From: an uncultured Thermoanaerobaculia bacterium
Lineage (GTDB): Bacteria > Acidobacteriota > Thermoanaerobaculia > Multivoradales > CAZRFU01
DNA length: 64,000 nt
NCBI GenBank assembly: GCA_964599475.1
Contig: CAZRFU010000014.1
Location: 9,121 to 73,120 of the forward strand
Direction of reading: 5' to 3'
Below, in pieces: positions 19,309-29,476 of this stretch. The notes beneath the pieces were generated by a model, which worked only from the letters and a program-made list of their open reading frames with translations, did not search any database and was not told the DNA's origin. Made by a program: the position numbers and the translations under genes. Each line of letters begins with the position of its first letter. Position 1 is the stretch's first letter.

Positions 19309-20363
19309 CGGCGGTTGCCCCGCGAGTGTCCCTCGGCGACCATCGCCGCCAGCGCTTGCCCATAGGGTGCCCGCGCTACGCCCTCCTCGGTGATGATCGC
19401 GGCCACCAGCTCGGCCGGGGTCACGTCGAAGGCGAGGTTCAGGGCACCACTGTGCTCCGGCGTCGTCCTCCGGCCTGCGCAGCCGAGGACCTCGGCCGGA
19501 TCGCGTTCCTCGATCGGGATGGCCGCACCGTTCGGGGTCCCGAGGTCTACCGTCGAGGTCGGCGCGGCGACGTACAACGGCACGCCGTGGCGCGCCGCCA
19601 GGACGGCCACCACGTAGGTGCCGATCTTGTTGGCAACATCACCGTTGGCGGCGATTCGATCGGAACCCACGACCACTGCGTCGACCACGCCCCGGCTCAT
19701 CAGAGCGCCGACGCTCGAATCGGTCACCACCCGGTGGGGAATGCCCAACTGGCCGAGCTCCCACGCAGTCAGCCGCGCTCCCTGCAGCAGCGGACGGGTT
19801 TCGTCGACCCACACCTCGCGCACTCGGCCCTGGCGAAACCCCTCGGCGATCACGCCGACCGCAGTGCCGACACCGGCGGTCGCCAGCGCCCCGGCGTTGC
19901 AGTGGGTGAGCACGCGGCTGTCCGGTGCGAACAACGACGCACCGTGGGTGGCCATACGACGATTGGACTCGCGGTCGCGCTGCTCGATCTCCGCGGCGGT
20001 GCCGCGCGCGATGTCGAGCATCTCCTGGTCGGGGGCGCGGTCGAGCGCCGAGAGCATCTCATCGAGCGCCCAGGCGAGATTGACTGCGGTCGGCCGCGTT
20101 GCCCGCAGCAGCGCCGCCGCCTGCTGCGCCGCCTGCCGCGTCCGGCCGGCGGGAGCCTGTTGGATCCCCAGCACCATCCCCCACGCCGCCGCCACACCGA
20201 TCGCCGGCGCTCCACGAACCGCCAGCCGACGGATCGCGTCGGCGACCTGCTCCGGTGTCGAACAGGCGAGCCATTCCTCCCGGGTCGGCAACAGGGTCTG
20301 CTCGAGCAACTCGAGCACGCCATTGCTGAAGCGCAAAGGAACGATGGCGGGGGGAGTGGTCAC
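19305..20363 (-). CDS. mtnA: S-methyl-5-thioribose-1-phosphate isomerase / eIF-2B alpha-beta-delta family (GTG start inferred)
   Basis: IVPLRFSNGVLELLEQTLLP N-terminus and a later GALATAGVGTAVGVI region typical of MtnA/e2b2. Confidence 0.75.
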   Translation of the reverse strand: MTTPPAIVPLRFSNGVLELLEQTLLPTREEWLACSTPEQVADAIRRLAVRGAPAIGVAAAWGMVLGIQQAPAGRTRQAAQQAAALLRATRPTAVNLAWALDEMLSALDRAPDQEMLDIARGTAAEIEQRDRESNRRMATHGASLFAPDSRVLTHCNAGALATAGVGTAVGVIAEGFRQGRVREVWVDETRPLLQGARLTAWELGQLGIPHRVVTDSSVGALMSRGVVDAVVVGSDRIAANGDVANKIGTYVVAVLAARHGVPLYVAAPTSTVDLGTPNGAAIPIEERDPAEVLGCAGRRTTPEHSGALNLAFDVTPAELVAAIITEEGVARAPYGQALAAMVAEGHSRGNRR

Positions 20364-20424
20364 GCTGAGATCGTACCAGCCGCAGGATGCCCAGAGCGCG
20401 GCGAGCCCCGCGCTCACGGTCCTC

Positions 20425-20435
20425 GGGGGGGGGGG
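20425..20435. repeat. Homopolymeric G11 tract in the divergent intergenic region between mtnA and an OMP gene
   Basis: tcctcGGGGGGGGGGGccaga read directly in the sequence. Confidence 0.9.
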
Positions 20436-20519
20436 CCAGATTGGAAGCCACCCCATTGGGCCCTCCATATGGACCACAGGGCCGGGCTCGGGTTCTGCGC
20501 AGGGGCGTATGCTGGGGTT

Positions 20520-21281
20520 ATGAAAGCCGCCGGATTCGCCCTGTTTTGGATGGCGCTCCAGGGGGCAGGAGCGGCCCTGCTCGCGACGGAGAACGTGATC
20601 TCGGTCAACGCAATCGCCACCTCCGCCGACACGTCACTGTTTCGCCACGTGCGCGCCGGTTTCAATTTCGGCCACGGGATGATCTACGACTTCGACGAGT
20701 CGATCGCGCTGGATGCCGATTCCCCCGCCGGCATCGCCATCCGGTTCGAGCATCACCGCGACCAGGGTCTGGTGTTCGCCGTGAACGCCGGCTGGACCCG
20801 CTTCGACCTGCCGTACTCCTGGCACCAGCTGGCGACGCCCCGGTTCCCCGACGTCCCACCGTTTTCGCCCACCAGCAGCACCGGCGATTTTGCGCGCGTC
20901 GACGCCTACCCGGTGTTGCTCGACGTCGGACGAGCCTGGAAACTCGGCGCACGAGCGCGGGTCTCGCTCGGCGCCACGCTTGGAGTGGTCATCGCCGAAG
21001 CCGAGGCTCGCGCCGCGGATCACGATTTCGGCAACGGCTTCAACTTTCTTCCCTTCGAAGAGTCCGGCGCCGACACGCCGGGACCTGTGGCAATCGATGT
21101 CGACAGCGCCGAAGCGTTGGGTGCGGTGGTCGGCATCGATTTCGACCTCACCCCCCGGCTGCGACCAGCCCTCCGCGTGCGCTGGCTCGATGCCGACCTC
21201 GACATCGGCGCAGTCGGCACCGAATCTACCCTCGAGCTCGGGCCCTGGTGGATCGAGCTCGGGGTGGGCTGGAAGCTCTGA
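20520..21281 (+). CDS. Putative outer-membrane beta-barrel protein (OmpW-like)
   Basis: Signal peptide MKAAGFALFWMALQGAGAALLA, alternating amphipathic beta-strand pattern and an aromatic-rich C-terminus (ELGVGWKL). Taken from the C-terminal part of ORF 19293..21281. Confidence 0.5.
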   Translation: MKAAGFALFWMALQGAGAALLATENVISVNAIATSADTSLFRHVRAGFNFGHGMIYDFDESIALDADSPAGIAIRFEHHRDQGLVFAVNAGWTRFDLPYSWHQLATPRFPDVPPFSPTSSTGDFARVDAYPVLLDVGRAWKLGARARVSLGATLGVVIAEAEARAADHDFGNGFNFLPFEESGADTPGPVAIDVDSAEALGAVVGIDFDLTPRLRPALRVRWLDADLDIGAVGTESTLELGPWWIELGVGWKL

Positions 21282-21469
21282 TCGACAGGGGCCCGGCCTG
21301 TCGCGGCGACCACGCCGCTCGACGAGGCCGATCGTTGGCGGGTGCGGACCATGGCACGCCTCCGCCGAGGGTCCCGCCGGCCCTTGCCGCCAGAGTGAGG
21401 GCATCCGCTGACTCGGCGAAGCGAGGGTAGAATCGAGGCTTCGCGCGCCACGCGCCAAGGAGCTTCTCG

Positions 21470-22633
21470 ATGAAAGGTGATCCGACCCATCTCGGTTTTT
21501 CCACTCGGGCGATCCACGCCGGTCAGGCCCCCGACCCGCGCACCGGCGCGGTGGCGGTACCGATCTACCAAACCTCGACATACGTCCACGACGAGCTCGG
21601 GGTGCACAAGGGATACGAATACGCGCGAGTCCAGAATCCCACGCGGACTGCCCTCGAGGAGTGCGTCGCGGCGCTCGAAGGTGGGGCGAGTGGACACGCC
21701 TTCGCCTCGGGAATGGCTGGGATTTCCGCCCTGATGACCCTCTTGGTGTCGGGTGACCACGTGGTGGTGTCGCGCGATGTCTACGGCGGCACCTATCGCT
21801 ATTTCACACAGATCCTCGAGCGGTATGGGTTGTCCTTCTCGTGGGTGGACACCACCACCAGCGCCAACATCGGTGCGGCCCTTCGACCCAACACCAAGAT
21901 GGTCTACGTCGAGACGCCTTCCAATCCGATGATGGATGTCACCGACATCACCGCGGCGGCCGAGATCGCCCATCGCCACGGCGCCATCCTGGTGGTCGAC
22001 AACACCTTCATGTCGCCGTACTGGCAACAGCCGTTGGCCCTCGGCGCCGACATCGTGGTGCACTCGACCACCAAGTACTTGAACGGTCACTCGGACTCCA
22101 TCGGCGGCGTGTTGGTCGCCGCCCGGCGCGAGCACGGCGAGTGGTTCGCCTTCGTGCAGAAGTCGGCGGGCGCGGTGATGGCTCCATTCGACTCGTTCCT
22201 GGTGATGCGCGGAATCAAGACCCTTGCCGTGCGCATGGAAGCCCATGAGCGCAATGCCCGTGCCCTGGTCGAGCGCCTGGTCGCGAGCTCGAAGGTCGAG
22301 AAGGTGCTCTATCCGGGTCTCGATGGCCATCCGGGCGCCACCACCCACGCACGCCAGGCGCGCGGGGCCGGCGGTGGGATGGTCAGCTTCGAGCTCGGCT
22401 CCTTCGAGGCGGCCAAGCGTTTCCTCGATCGGGTGACGGTGCTGTCGCTGGCCGAGAGCCTCGGTGGGGTGGAGTCTCTGGTCTGCCATCCTGCCACCAT
22501 GACCCATGCCTCGGTTCCCGAGCACCGGCGCAACGAGCTCGGCATCACTCCGGGCCTGGTGCGAATCTCGGTGGGGATCGAGGACGTGGGCGATCTGCTC
22601 GCCGATCTCGACGCCGGCCTCGCCGCAATCTGA
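21470..22633 (+). CDS. Cys/Met-metabolism PLP-dependent enzyme (cystathionine gamma-synthase/beta-lyase / methionine gamma-lyase family)
   Basis: STTKYLNGHSD PLP-lysine motif and family-wide similarity. Confidence 0.85.
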   Translation: MKGDPTHLGFSTRAIHAGQAPDPRTGAVAVPIYQTSTYVHDELGVHKGYEYARVQNPTRTALEECVAALEGGASGHAFASGMAGISALMTLLVSGDHVVVSRDVYGGTYRYFTQILERYGLSFSWVDTTTSANIGAALRPNTKMVYVETPSNPMMDVTDITAAAEIAHRHGAILVVDNTFMSPYWQQPLALGADIVVHSTTKYLNGHSDSIGGVLVAARREHGEWFAFVQKSAGAVMAPFDSFLVMRGIKTLAVRMEAHERNARALVERLVASSKVEKVLYPGLDGHPGATTHARQARGAGGGMVSFELGSFEAAKRFLDRVTVLSLAESLGGVESLVCHPATMTHASVPEHRRNELGITPGLVRISVGIEDVGDLLADLDAGLAAI

Positions 22634-22705
22634 TCCAACCGCCAGCGTTCGCGAGGACCTGCTACACTCTCGCGTTTGCTCCAGCTGGGAGCCGAGGAGT
22701 TTTCC

Positions 22706-24664
22706 ATGCTCAGAACGATGCGCGAATCGATGAAGTACCTCCAGTGGACCCTGTGGTTGGTCGTGGCGGTCTTCGTCCTTTTCATCTTTTTCGATTTCGG
22801 TGGATTCGGTCCGGGCTCAACCGGTGCGGTCTCCCGCAATGCCGCCTCTGTCGGCGACATGGGCATCTCGATGCAAGACTTCGAGCGCGAGTATCGGGGC
22901 CTCGAGGACCGTATGCGCCAACAACTCGGCGCCAACTACGACCCCGAGGTCTTCGGCAGCCGCATTCCAGCCCAGGCGCTCGATCGCCTCGTGACGCAGC
23001 GCATCTTGGCGGCCGAAGCCGAGAGCCTCGGCATCAGCGTCACCGACGAGGAGCTGCGGGAGGCGATCCGCGCAATTCCCGGCCTGACCGACGAGGGCGG
23101 TCGCTTCATCGGCAAGGAGGCCTACTCGCGCGCGCTGCGCAACATGGGCTACACCCCCGAGTCGTTCGAGCGGGCGCTGCGCGAGGATCTGCTGGTGCAG
23201 CGGCTCAACGATGCGATGCGACGGGGGGTGTTCATTCCCACCGCCGAGGTCGAACGCAACGATCGCGAACGCTCGGAACGGGTGTCGCTGCGGTTCATCG
23301 AGCTGCCGTGGAGTGAGGTGGGACAGGTCCTGGTCGACGACGCCGAGGTGGCTGCCTACTTTGCCTCCCGCCGCGAGGAGTTCCGCCTGCCCGAACGGCG
23401 GGTGGTCGACTTCCTGGTCGTCGAGCAGGGCAAGTTGCTCGAATCGATCACTCCCACCGACGCCGAGCTCCAGGCCTACTACGAGGCGCACCGTGAGGAC
23501 TACACGCAGGAGGAGCAGGTCCAGGCCCGCCACATCCTGATCAACACCAACGCCACTCGCGATGCCGCTGCCGCCGAGGCGCTCGCAAGCGAGCTCAAGG
23601 CCAGAATCGCCGGCGGCGAGGACTTTGCTGCTCTCGCCACCCAGTACTCCGACGACGTCTCGAATCGCGACCGCGGCGGCGATCTCGGCTCATTCGGCCG
23701 TGGGCGGATGGTCAAGGCCTTCGAGGACGCCGCCTTTGCGGCCACTGCGGGTGAGGTCGTCGGCCCGGTCCGCACCCAGTTCGGTGTTCACCTGATCCAG
23801 GTCGTTGCCAAACGCGAGCAGCGGGTACGCCCGCTCGAGGAGGTCAAGTCCCAGGTGCTGCGGCGGGTGCAAACCGAAACCGCTGCCGCCAAGGCTCTCG
23901 AGAAGGCGCAGGCGCTGCGCGAACAGATCACCAAGGACAAGATCACCACCCGCGAGCAGCTTGCCGCGCTCGCCCAGGGCGACACCACGATCACGGTCGA
24001 CACCACCCAGCCTTTTGGTCGTGACGACGCGATCCCGGGCCTCGGCCGCGCGCCCGAGCTGCTGCAGGCCGCCTTCGAGCTTGCCGTCGACGGGTTTTCG
24101 ACTGCGGTTGCGATCCCTCGCGGGGCGGTGATCCTGCGGCTGGCAGAAATCCAAGACCCGCGGTTGCCCGAGCTCGACGAGGTTCGCGGTCGTGTGGTCG
24201 CCGCCGCCCGCACCAACAAGCAGCGCGAAACCGGGGTCGCGCAGCTGGCCGACGCACGCACGCGCCTTGCCGACGGGAGCGCCACCCTCGACGACATCGC
24301 CGGCGAGATGGGGCTCACCGTGCGGGAAACCGGCGAGTTCGGCGCCGGCAGCGTGGTCCCCTCGATCGGCAACGCTCCGACGCTCGTCACCGCCGCGCTT
24401 GCCCTCGAGACCGGCGATGTCGGTCAACCCTATGCCGCCGACCGTGGCGCAATCCTCTACACCGTCATCAATCGGACCCATTGGGACGCGACCTCGTTTG
24501 CCGAGCGGGCGGATTCGATCCGCCAGGGGCTCGAGTTCCAGGAGGTTCAGCGTCTCATGGCGAGCCTGATCGCGGAACGCAAGCGGGTCCTCGGCGTGAC
24601 CTACGATCGCCAGCTGCTCGAACAGTTCGACATGCTCGACGAGGAGCAGCAGCCGGGCGCCTGA
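22706..24664 (+). CDS. ppiD: Periplasmic chaperone / peptidyl-prolyl isomerase PpiD (SurA-like N-terminus plus parvulin domain)
   Basis: N-terminal TM helix WTLWLVVAVFVLFIFF and parvulin motifs HILI...FGVHLIQV. ATG at 22706 is preceded by GGGAG..GAGGAG. The ORF-track start (22676) is TTG. Confidence 0.8.
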   Translation: MLRTMRESMKYLQWTLWLVVAVFVLFIFFDFGGFGPGSTGAVSRNAASVGDMGISMQDFEREYRGLEDRMRQQLGANYDPEVFGSRIPAQALDRLVTQRILAAEAESLGISVTDEELREAIRAIPGLTDEGGRFIGKEAYSRALRNMGYTPESFERALREDLLVQRLNDAMRRGVFIPTAEVERNDRERSERVSLRFIELPWSEVGQVLVDDAEVAAYFASRREEFRLPERRVVDFLVVEQGKLLESITPTDAELQAYYEAHREDYTQEEQVQARHILINTNATRDAAAAEALASELKARIAGGEDFAALATQYSDDVSNRDRGGDLGSFGRGRMVKAFEDAAFAATAGEVVGPVRTQFGVHLIQVVAKREQRVRPLEEVKSQVLRRVQTETAAAKALEKAQALREQITKDKITTREQLAALAQGDTTITVDTTQPFGRDDAIPGLGRAPELLQAAFELAVDGFSTAVAIPRGAVILRLAEIQDPRLPELDEVRGRVVAAARTNKQRETGVAQLADARTRLADGSATLDDIAGEMGLTVRETGEFGAGSVVPSIGNAPTLVTAALALETGDVGQPYAADRGAILYTVINRTHWDATSFAERADSIRQGLEFQEVQRLMASLIAERKRVLGVTYDRQLLEQFDMLDEEQQPGA

Positions 24665-24694
24665 GCGGCAACCCGGCATCGTCTATCCTCACCC

Positions 24695-24727
24695 GACCCC
24701 GAGTCACCCGCTCGGGGTCTTCTTTTT
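24695..24727 (+). terminator. Rho-independent terminator downstream of ppiD
   Basis: GACCCCGAG-tcacccg-CTCGGGGTC followed by TTCTTTTT. A GGAGG RBS for ruvA follows. Confidence 0.7.
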
Positions 24728-24740
24728 CCGGAGGTCGTTG

Positions 24741-25346
24741 GTGATCGGACGTTTACGCGGCGAGCTGGCGGCTCTGAGCGCGGAGCGGGCACTGATCGAC
24801 GTCGGCGGCGTGGGCTACGAGGTCCACGTGCCGCTGTCTACGACCTCGCGCCTCGAGAGCTCCGGCCTCGGCACCGTGGTGGAGCTGCACATCCACACCC
24901 ACCTGCGCGAGGACGCGCTGATGCTCTACGGTTTCGCCACCGAGGTCGAACGGCGGGTGTTCGAGCGGCTGATCTCGGTCAGCGGCGTAGGTCCCAAGCT
25001 CGCGCGGGCCGTACTCTCGGGCCTCGCCACCGACCGGCTGCTCCAGGCGCTCGCCGGCGCTGACGTTGCGGTCCTCGCCACCATCCCGGGTGTCGGCAAG
25101 AAGACCGCCGAGCGGCTGCTGCTCGAGCTGCGCGACACCATCACCAGCCTGCTGGGCGAAGGCCCCGCTGCGAGCGCCGGCCCCAAACCGCTGGCGGGCG
25201 ATGAGGACCTCGTGGGCGCCCTCGTCAATCTCGGCTACAAGCAGCCCTTGGCGCAGCGTGCCGTGGCCGAGGCGCGCCAGGAGCTGCCGGCGGGCGGATT
25301 CGGGGAGCTGCTGCGCGCGAGCCTGCAGCGGCTGACCCGGCGCTGA
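24741..25346 (+). CDS. ruvA: Holliday junction branch-migration protein RuvA (GTG start)
   Basis: MIGRLRGEL N-terminus, domain II HhH motifs (GVGPKLA / GVGKKTAERL) and a C-terminal domain III. Confidence 0.9.
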   Translation: MIGRLRGELAALSAERALIDVGGVGYEVHVPLSTTSRLESSGLGTVVELHIHTHLREDALMLYGFATEVERRVFERLISVSGVGPKLARAVLSGLATDRLLQALAGADVAVLATIPGVGKKTAERLLLELRDTITSLLGEGPAASAGPKPLAGDEDLVGALVNLGYKQPLAQRAVAEARQELPAGGFGELLRASLQRLTRR

Positions 25347-25383
25347 TCGCGAAGCTGTGTTGGATGGCGCGTAGAATGCCGTC

Positions 25384-26403
25384 ATGCGTCTGCTCACCGG
25401 CGATGCTCGTGACGACGACCAGGACGTCGAACGGTCTCTGAGGCCCAACCGCCTCGAGGACTATGTCGGCCAAAAGCGGATCGTCGACAACCTGCGGGTG
25501 TTCATGGCGGCTGCGCGCGAACGTGGCGAGAGCCTCGATCACGTGCTGCTGTTCGGCCCCCCGGGTCTCGGCAAGACCACGCTGGCCCACCTGGTCGCAC
25601 GCGAGATGGGCACCTCGATCCGTACCACCGCCGGACCGGTGATCGAGCGCGCCGGCGACCTCGCCGCAATCCTCACCAATCTCGAGCCCGGCGAGGTGTT
25701 GTTCATCGACGAGATCCACCGCCTCGGCCCGGCGGTCGAGGAGATCCTCTACCCCGCGCTCGAGGACTACAAGCTCGACCTGGTGATCGGCCAAGGGCCC
25801 GCCGCGCGTACCGTCACCATCGAGCTGCCGCGTTTTACCTTGGTGGGTGCCACCACCCGCGCCGGGCTGGTGACGGCGCCGCTGCGCGCCCGCTTCGGCA
25901 TCGTGCACCGGCTCGAGCTCTACCAGCCCCAGGAGCTCGCCCAGATCATCGCCCGTTCGGCCAGGATCCTCGGCGTCGAGGCCGACGAGGAGGGCTGCCT
26001 CGAGATCGCTCGCCGCAGCCGCGGCACCCCCCGCATCGCCAACCGACTGTTGCGGCGGGTGCGCGACATCACCCAGGTCCTCGGCACGGGCTCGATCGAT
26101 GCGCAGCAGGCTCGGCACGGTCTCGGCCTGCTCGAGGTCGACGACTATGGTTTCGACGAAGTCGACCGGCGCCTGCTGACGGTGCTGATCGACCACTACG
26201 ACGGCGGTCCGGCCGGGATCACCGCCCTCGCCGCGGCGATCGGCGAGGACCGCGGCACACTCGAGGATCTCTACGAGCCGTACCTCATCCAGGAAGGCTT
26301 TCTCAAGCGCACGCCACGGGGGCGTATGGCCACCAGACGTGCCTACCTGCACCTCGGCATCGAGCCTCGCGCGCCCGAGGACTCTCAGTCCTCACTCTTC
26401 TGA
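25384..26403 (+). CDS. ruvB: Holliday junction DNA helicase RuvB
   Basis: Walker [12 protein letters not shown], Walker [10 protein letters not shown] and a winged-helix C-terminus. Confidence 0.95.
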   Translation: MRLLTGDARDDDQDVERSLRPNRLEDYVGQKRIVDNLRVFMAAARERGESLDHVLLFGPPGLGKTTLAHLVAREMGTSIRTTAGPVIERAGDLAAILTNLEPGEVLFIDEIHRLGPAVEEILYPALEDYKLDLVIGQGPAARTVTIELPRFTLVGATTRAGLVTAPLRARFGIVHRLELYQPQELAQIIARSARILGVEADEEGCLEIARRSRGTPRIANRLLRRVRDITQVLGTGSIDAQQARHGLGLLEVDDYGFDEVDRRLLTVLIDHYDGGPAGITALAAAIGEDRGTLEDLYEPYLIQEGFLKRTPRGRMATRRAYLHLGIEPRAPEDSQSSLF

Positions 26404-28388
26404 TCGTTCGTCACCACCAGCAGCGCCGGTAGCAAGAAGAGGTCAGCTACTACCGCCAGAGCGATTGCCGCCGCCGCCAGCGCGCCGAAGCGCGCAGTCG
26501 GCAGGAACTGCGAGAAGCCACATACGGCGAACCCCAGCACCAGCACCAGGCCGGTGAGAAGGAAGGCGGGAGTGGTGGCGGCAACCGACTCGGTCACCGC
26601 GGCCCTGAGCGGCATCTGCCGACGGCGCTGTCGCACTCCAGCGAGCAGATGGAGGCTGTCGTCGACGGCGATGCCCAAGACCACCGCACCGACCAGAACC
26701 GTGGCGACATCGAGGGGGATCCCAAACCACCCCATGGCGCCGAGCACCAGGACCACCGGCCACACGTTGGGCGCGAGAGCGATCAACGCCATCCTCAGCT
26801 GCCCGAGCAGGACCCACAGGAGCAGGGCGATGGTGACGACACTGAGCACCAGCGAGAGTCCCAGGGTTTCCAGCAGCCGACGCTGCGTTTCGAGCAGCTC
26901 GACGTAGGTTCCCGTGAGCTCGGCTTCGAGACCGAGCGCGCCGGCAGCAGCGAGCGCCCCGCGGCGCAACTCGTCCAGCTCTGTCACCCCTCCGGTGGGA
27001 ATGCTCACCAGCACCCGGGCCAGTCGAGCGTCGCTTCGCCACCACAGCGCCGCGGCAAGGTGGTGGCCGAGAGGATCGAGGAGGGGATGGGGCAGGGTGC
27101 CTGGTCCGGCCACGGCGAATACTCCCGGCAGGCGAGCGAGACGGCGTTCGAGGTCAGCCAGCTTCGGAAGGTCGAGCGCGGGTCCGGTTTCGATCAGCAG
27201 CTGGACTGCAGCCACGCCCAGTCGGCGCTCTTCGAGCTCGGCGACCGCTGCTCGCACCGGGTGATCGGCCTCGAGGTAGCGCATCGCGTCACTCTCGACC
27301 CGCAGCCGCGGCATTGCGAGAGCCGCGAGGATCGCGAGCGCGCCGGCCAGCGCGATGACCAGGCGCGGCTGACCGACAACGCGCCGCGCGACCGCCCGGC
27401 CAGTCCGTTGGGCGGTGAGGTCGAAGCGGCGCTCCGCCGTGCCGATTCGTTGTTTCGCCTGACGGCCGACCAGCCGTGGCAGGACCCACAAGCTCGCCAT
27501 CGTCAGCAGCGCCATACCACCGGCGGCGGCCAACCCGAGCCGGGCCACCGGTGCCACCGGCGCCACCGACAACGACAGAAACCCCATCATCGTCGTCAGG
27601 CCGCTCCACACCACCGCCCACCGCAGCTCCCGCCAGGTGGTTTCGATCGGCTCGGGGGTGTCGCCGCTGGTCTGGTGCTCGCGCCAGCGAAGCAGCAGGT
27701 GAAGGCTGGTGGCGACGCTCATGGCAAACAGGAGCGGCGGCAGGACCGCCAACACCAGGTCGAGCTCGACGCCAAGCCAACCGAGACTCCCGAAGGTCAG
27801 TCCGAGCACCGCTGCAACCACCACGAGCACGCTGAGCAGGTGGCGGCCCAGACACCACCACAACAGCCCGAACGCAATCGCGATCAGGCCCGGCAGCTCG
27901 CGGGAGACGACCTCGCGGGAGGCGGCGTCGAGGGCCGTGTCGAGCTCGGGAAGCCCGGCGCGCAGCACCCGCAATCCCGGCGGTGGCCGCTCAGCCGCCA
28001 GCAGGGCGTCGATCTCGAGGTGGCGCGCCCTTCGAGCCGCGGGATCGAGGGGAGCCAGGACGATCATGAGCGAGGACGCACCCGGCTGCTCCAGCACCGG
28101 GCGCAGGGCGGCCGGTGCCCGCTCGGCGGGTCCGAGCACCGCCACCACACCTCGGATCTGCGCCAGCTCGTCGGCGCGCGCGCTCAACCACTGCTCGGCT
28201 GCTTCGCCGGTCGCCTCCTCGCCCAGCACCACCAGCCGGCTGGCGTCATCCGGGCCGAAGCTCTGGAGCAGTCGGCCGTATGCCGGGCGGGGATCGGAAA
28301 TGAAGCGCTGCGGCGAGTTGTCGATCTCGAGCCGGGCGACGCCTACCGAGACGATCACCACCAGCGCGATGGCGACAATACCCTTCAC
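26385..28388 (-). CDS. MMPL/RND-family exporter (HpnN-like), GTG start; last gene of the type III PKS operon
   Basis: Twelve-TM topology with two periplasmic loops (TM1 [15 protein letters not shown], second half TM7 [17 protein letters not shown]), about 668 aa. The upstream 397 codons of ORF 26385..29579 are Arg-rich shadow. GTGA overlap with the upstream gene. Confidence 0.8.
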   Translation of the reverse strand: MKGIVAIALVVIVSVGVARLEIDNSPQRFISDPRPAYGRLLQSFGPDDASRLVVLGEEATGEAAEQWLSARADELAQIRGVVAVLGPAERAPAALRPVLEQPGASSLMIVLAPLDPAARRARHLEIDALLAAERPPPGLRVLRAGLPELDTALDAASREVVSRELPGLIAIAFGLLWWCLGRHLLSVLVVVAAVLGLTFGSLGWLGVELDLVLAVLPPLLFAMSVATSLHLLLRWREHQTSGDTPEPIETTWRELRWAVVWSGLTTMMGFLSLSVAPVAPVARLGLAAAGGMALLTMASLWVLPRLVGRQAKQRIGTAERRFDLTAQRTGRAVARRVVGQPRLVIALAGALAILAALAMPRLRVESDAMRYLEADHPVRAAVAELEERRLGVAAVQLLIETGPALDLPKLADLERRLARLPGVFAVAGPGTLPHPLLDPLGHHLAAALWWRSDARLARVLVSIPTGGVTELDELRRGALAAAGALGLEAELTGTYVELLETQRRLLETLGLSLVLSVVTIALLLWVLLGQLRMALIALAPNVWPVVLVLGAMGWFGIPLDVATVLVGAVVLGIAVDDSLHLLAGVRQRRRQMPLRAAVTESVAATTPAFLLTGLVLVLGFAVCGFSQFLPTARFGALAAAAIALAVVADLFLLPALLVVTNDQKSED

Positions 28389-29476
28389 CCCGGACTCCGC
28401 AGGAGGCCGATCACCAGTCTCGCCAAGTCCGCCGACCGCGGTCGGCGGCCTTCGACGTGCGCTGCCAGCAGTCCGGTGAACGTGCCGGGATCGCGGGCCA
28501 GACCGGCGAGGGCGCGGCGGCGCAATGCCGGACGCCTGGCGGTCGCCAGCCACAATCGCGCGGCGAGATCGGCACGCCGCGTCGCCGCCGCCACCCAGCG
28601 GTCGTATCCTCCGAGATCGTCGCTTTCGAGGGCTGCGGCCAACAACTCGATCTGGTGGAGCCCGAGGGAAATCCCCTCGCCGGTGATCGCGTCGAGATAG
28701 CCGGCGGCGTCGCCGATCAGCACCACCCGTCCAGCGACGCGGCGATGAACGCGTTGCTCGAGCGGCCCGGTTCCCAGCACCGGGCCCACTCTTTCGGCTC
28801 CCCTCAGGCGCTGTGCCAGTTCCGGAAAGGTCTGCAACCGCTCTTCGAAGCGCAGCGGTTGAACATCGCTGAGCAGGGCGACTCCGACGGTATCGGCCGC
28901 GAGCGGCGTGATGTAGGCCTCGGTGCGGGCGCCCCACCACACTTCGACGCGGTCGTCCAGGGGGGCGAGGCGAAAGTGCGCGCGGACCCCGAAGCGTTCG
29001 AGGGCTCGGGCCGGCCGCGCGAGTCGCACTTGGTGGCGCAGCCGCGAGCGCAGGCCGTCGGCGGCCACGACCAGATCGAAGCGCTCCGTCCCGCCCGCGG
29101 TTTCGAGATCTCCAGCGGGTGTGGCGCGCTCGACCCTCTGCCCCCACCGCAGCACCACTCCTTGCTGAGAAGCTTTGGCGACGAGCTGGTGGTGGAGCTC
29201 GAGGCGTCGGACGCCACGGCCGGAGCCTGCCGGAAACGGTGCATCGACGACCAGAGCCGGGGCGCGATAGCGGATTCCGCCCAGGTGATGCCCGGCAGGT
29301 TCGACGCCGAGTGCCGTCAGACGCGCCCAACCATCGGGAAGGATCCCCTCGCCGCAGGGCTTGTCGAAGGGAGGTCGACGCGCCTCGAAGACCTCGACCT
29401 CGGCGCCTCGCTGGCTCAGGGTGATCGCTGTCGCCAGACCAATTGGACCGCCCCCTACGACCGCGATGCGTTTCAC
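28385..29476 (-). CDS. FAD-dependent oxidoreductase, geranylgeranyl reductase (GGR/FixC-like) family
   Basis: Rossmann GXGXXG IAVVGGGPIGLA, FDKPCGEGI motif and a C-terminal GDAAGYLDAITGEGI motif. GTGA overlaps at both ends. Confidence 0.8.
   Translation of the reverse strand: MKRIAVVGGGPIGLATAITLSQRGAEVEVFEARRPPFDKPCGEGILPDGWARLTALGVEPAGHHLGGIRYRAPALVVDAPFPAGSGRGVRRLELHHQLVAKASQQGVVLRWGQRVERATPAGDLETAGGTERFDLVVAADGLRSRLRHQVRLARPARALERFGVRAHFRLAPLDDRVEVWWGARTEAYITPLAADTVGVALLSDVQPLRFEERLQTFPELAQRLRGAERVGPVLGTGPLEQRVHRRVAGRVVLIGDAAGYLDAITGEGISLGLHQIELLAAALESDDLGGYDRWVAAATRRADLAARLWLATARRPALRRRALAGLARDPGTFTGLLAAHVEGRRPRSADLARLVIGLLRSPG

Noticed and set aside
16948-20523. ORFs 17175..18563 (-), 17562..18713 (+), 18199..19365 (+), 19293..20519 (+ N-terminal part), 19618..20523 (+)
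   Set aside because: Shadow frames of proA/proB/mtnA. Only the last 254 codons of 19293..21281 (the OMP gene) look coding.
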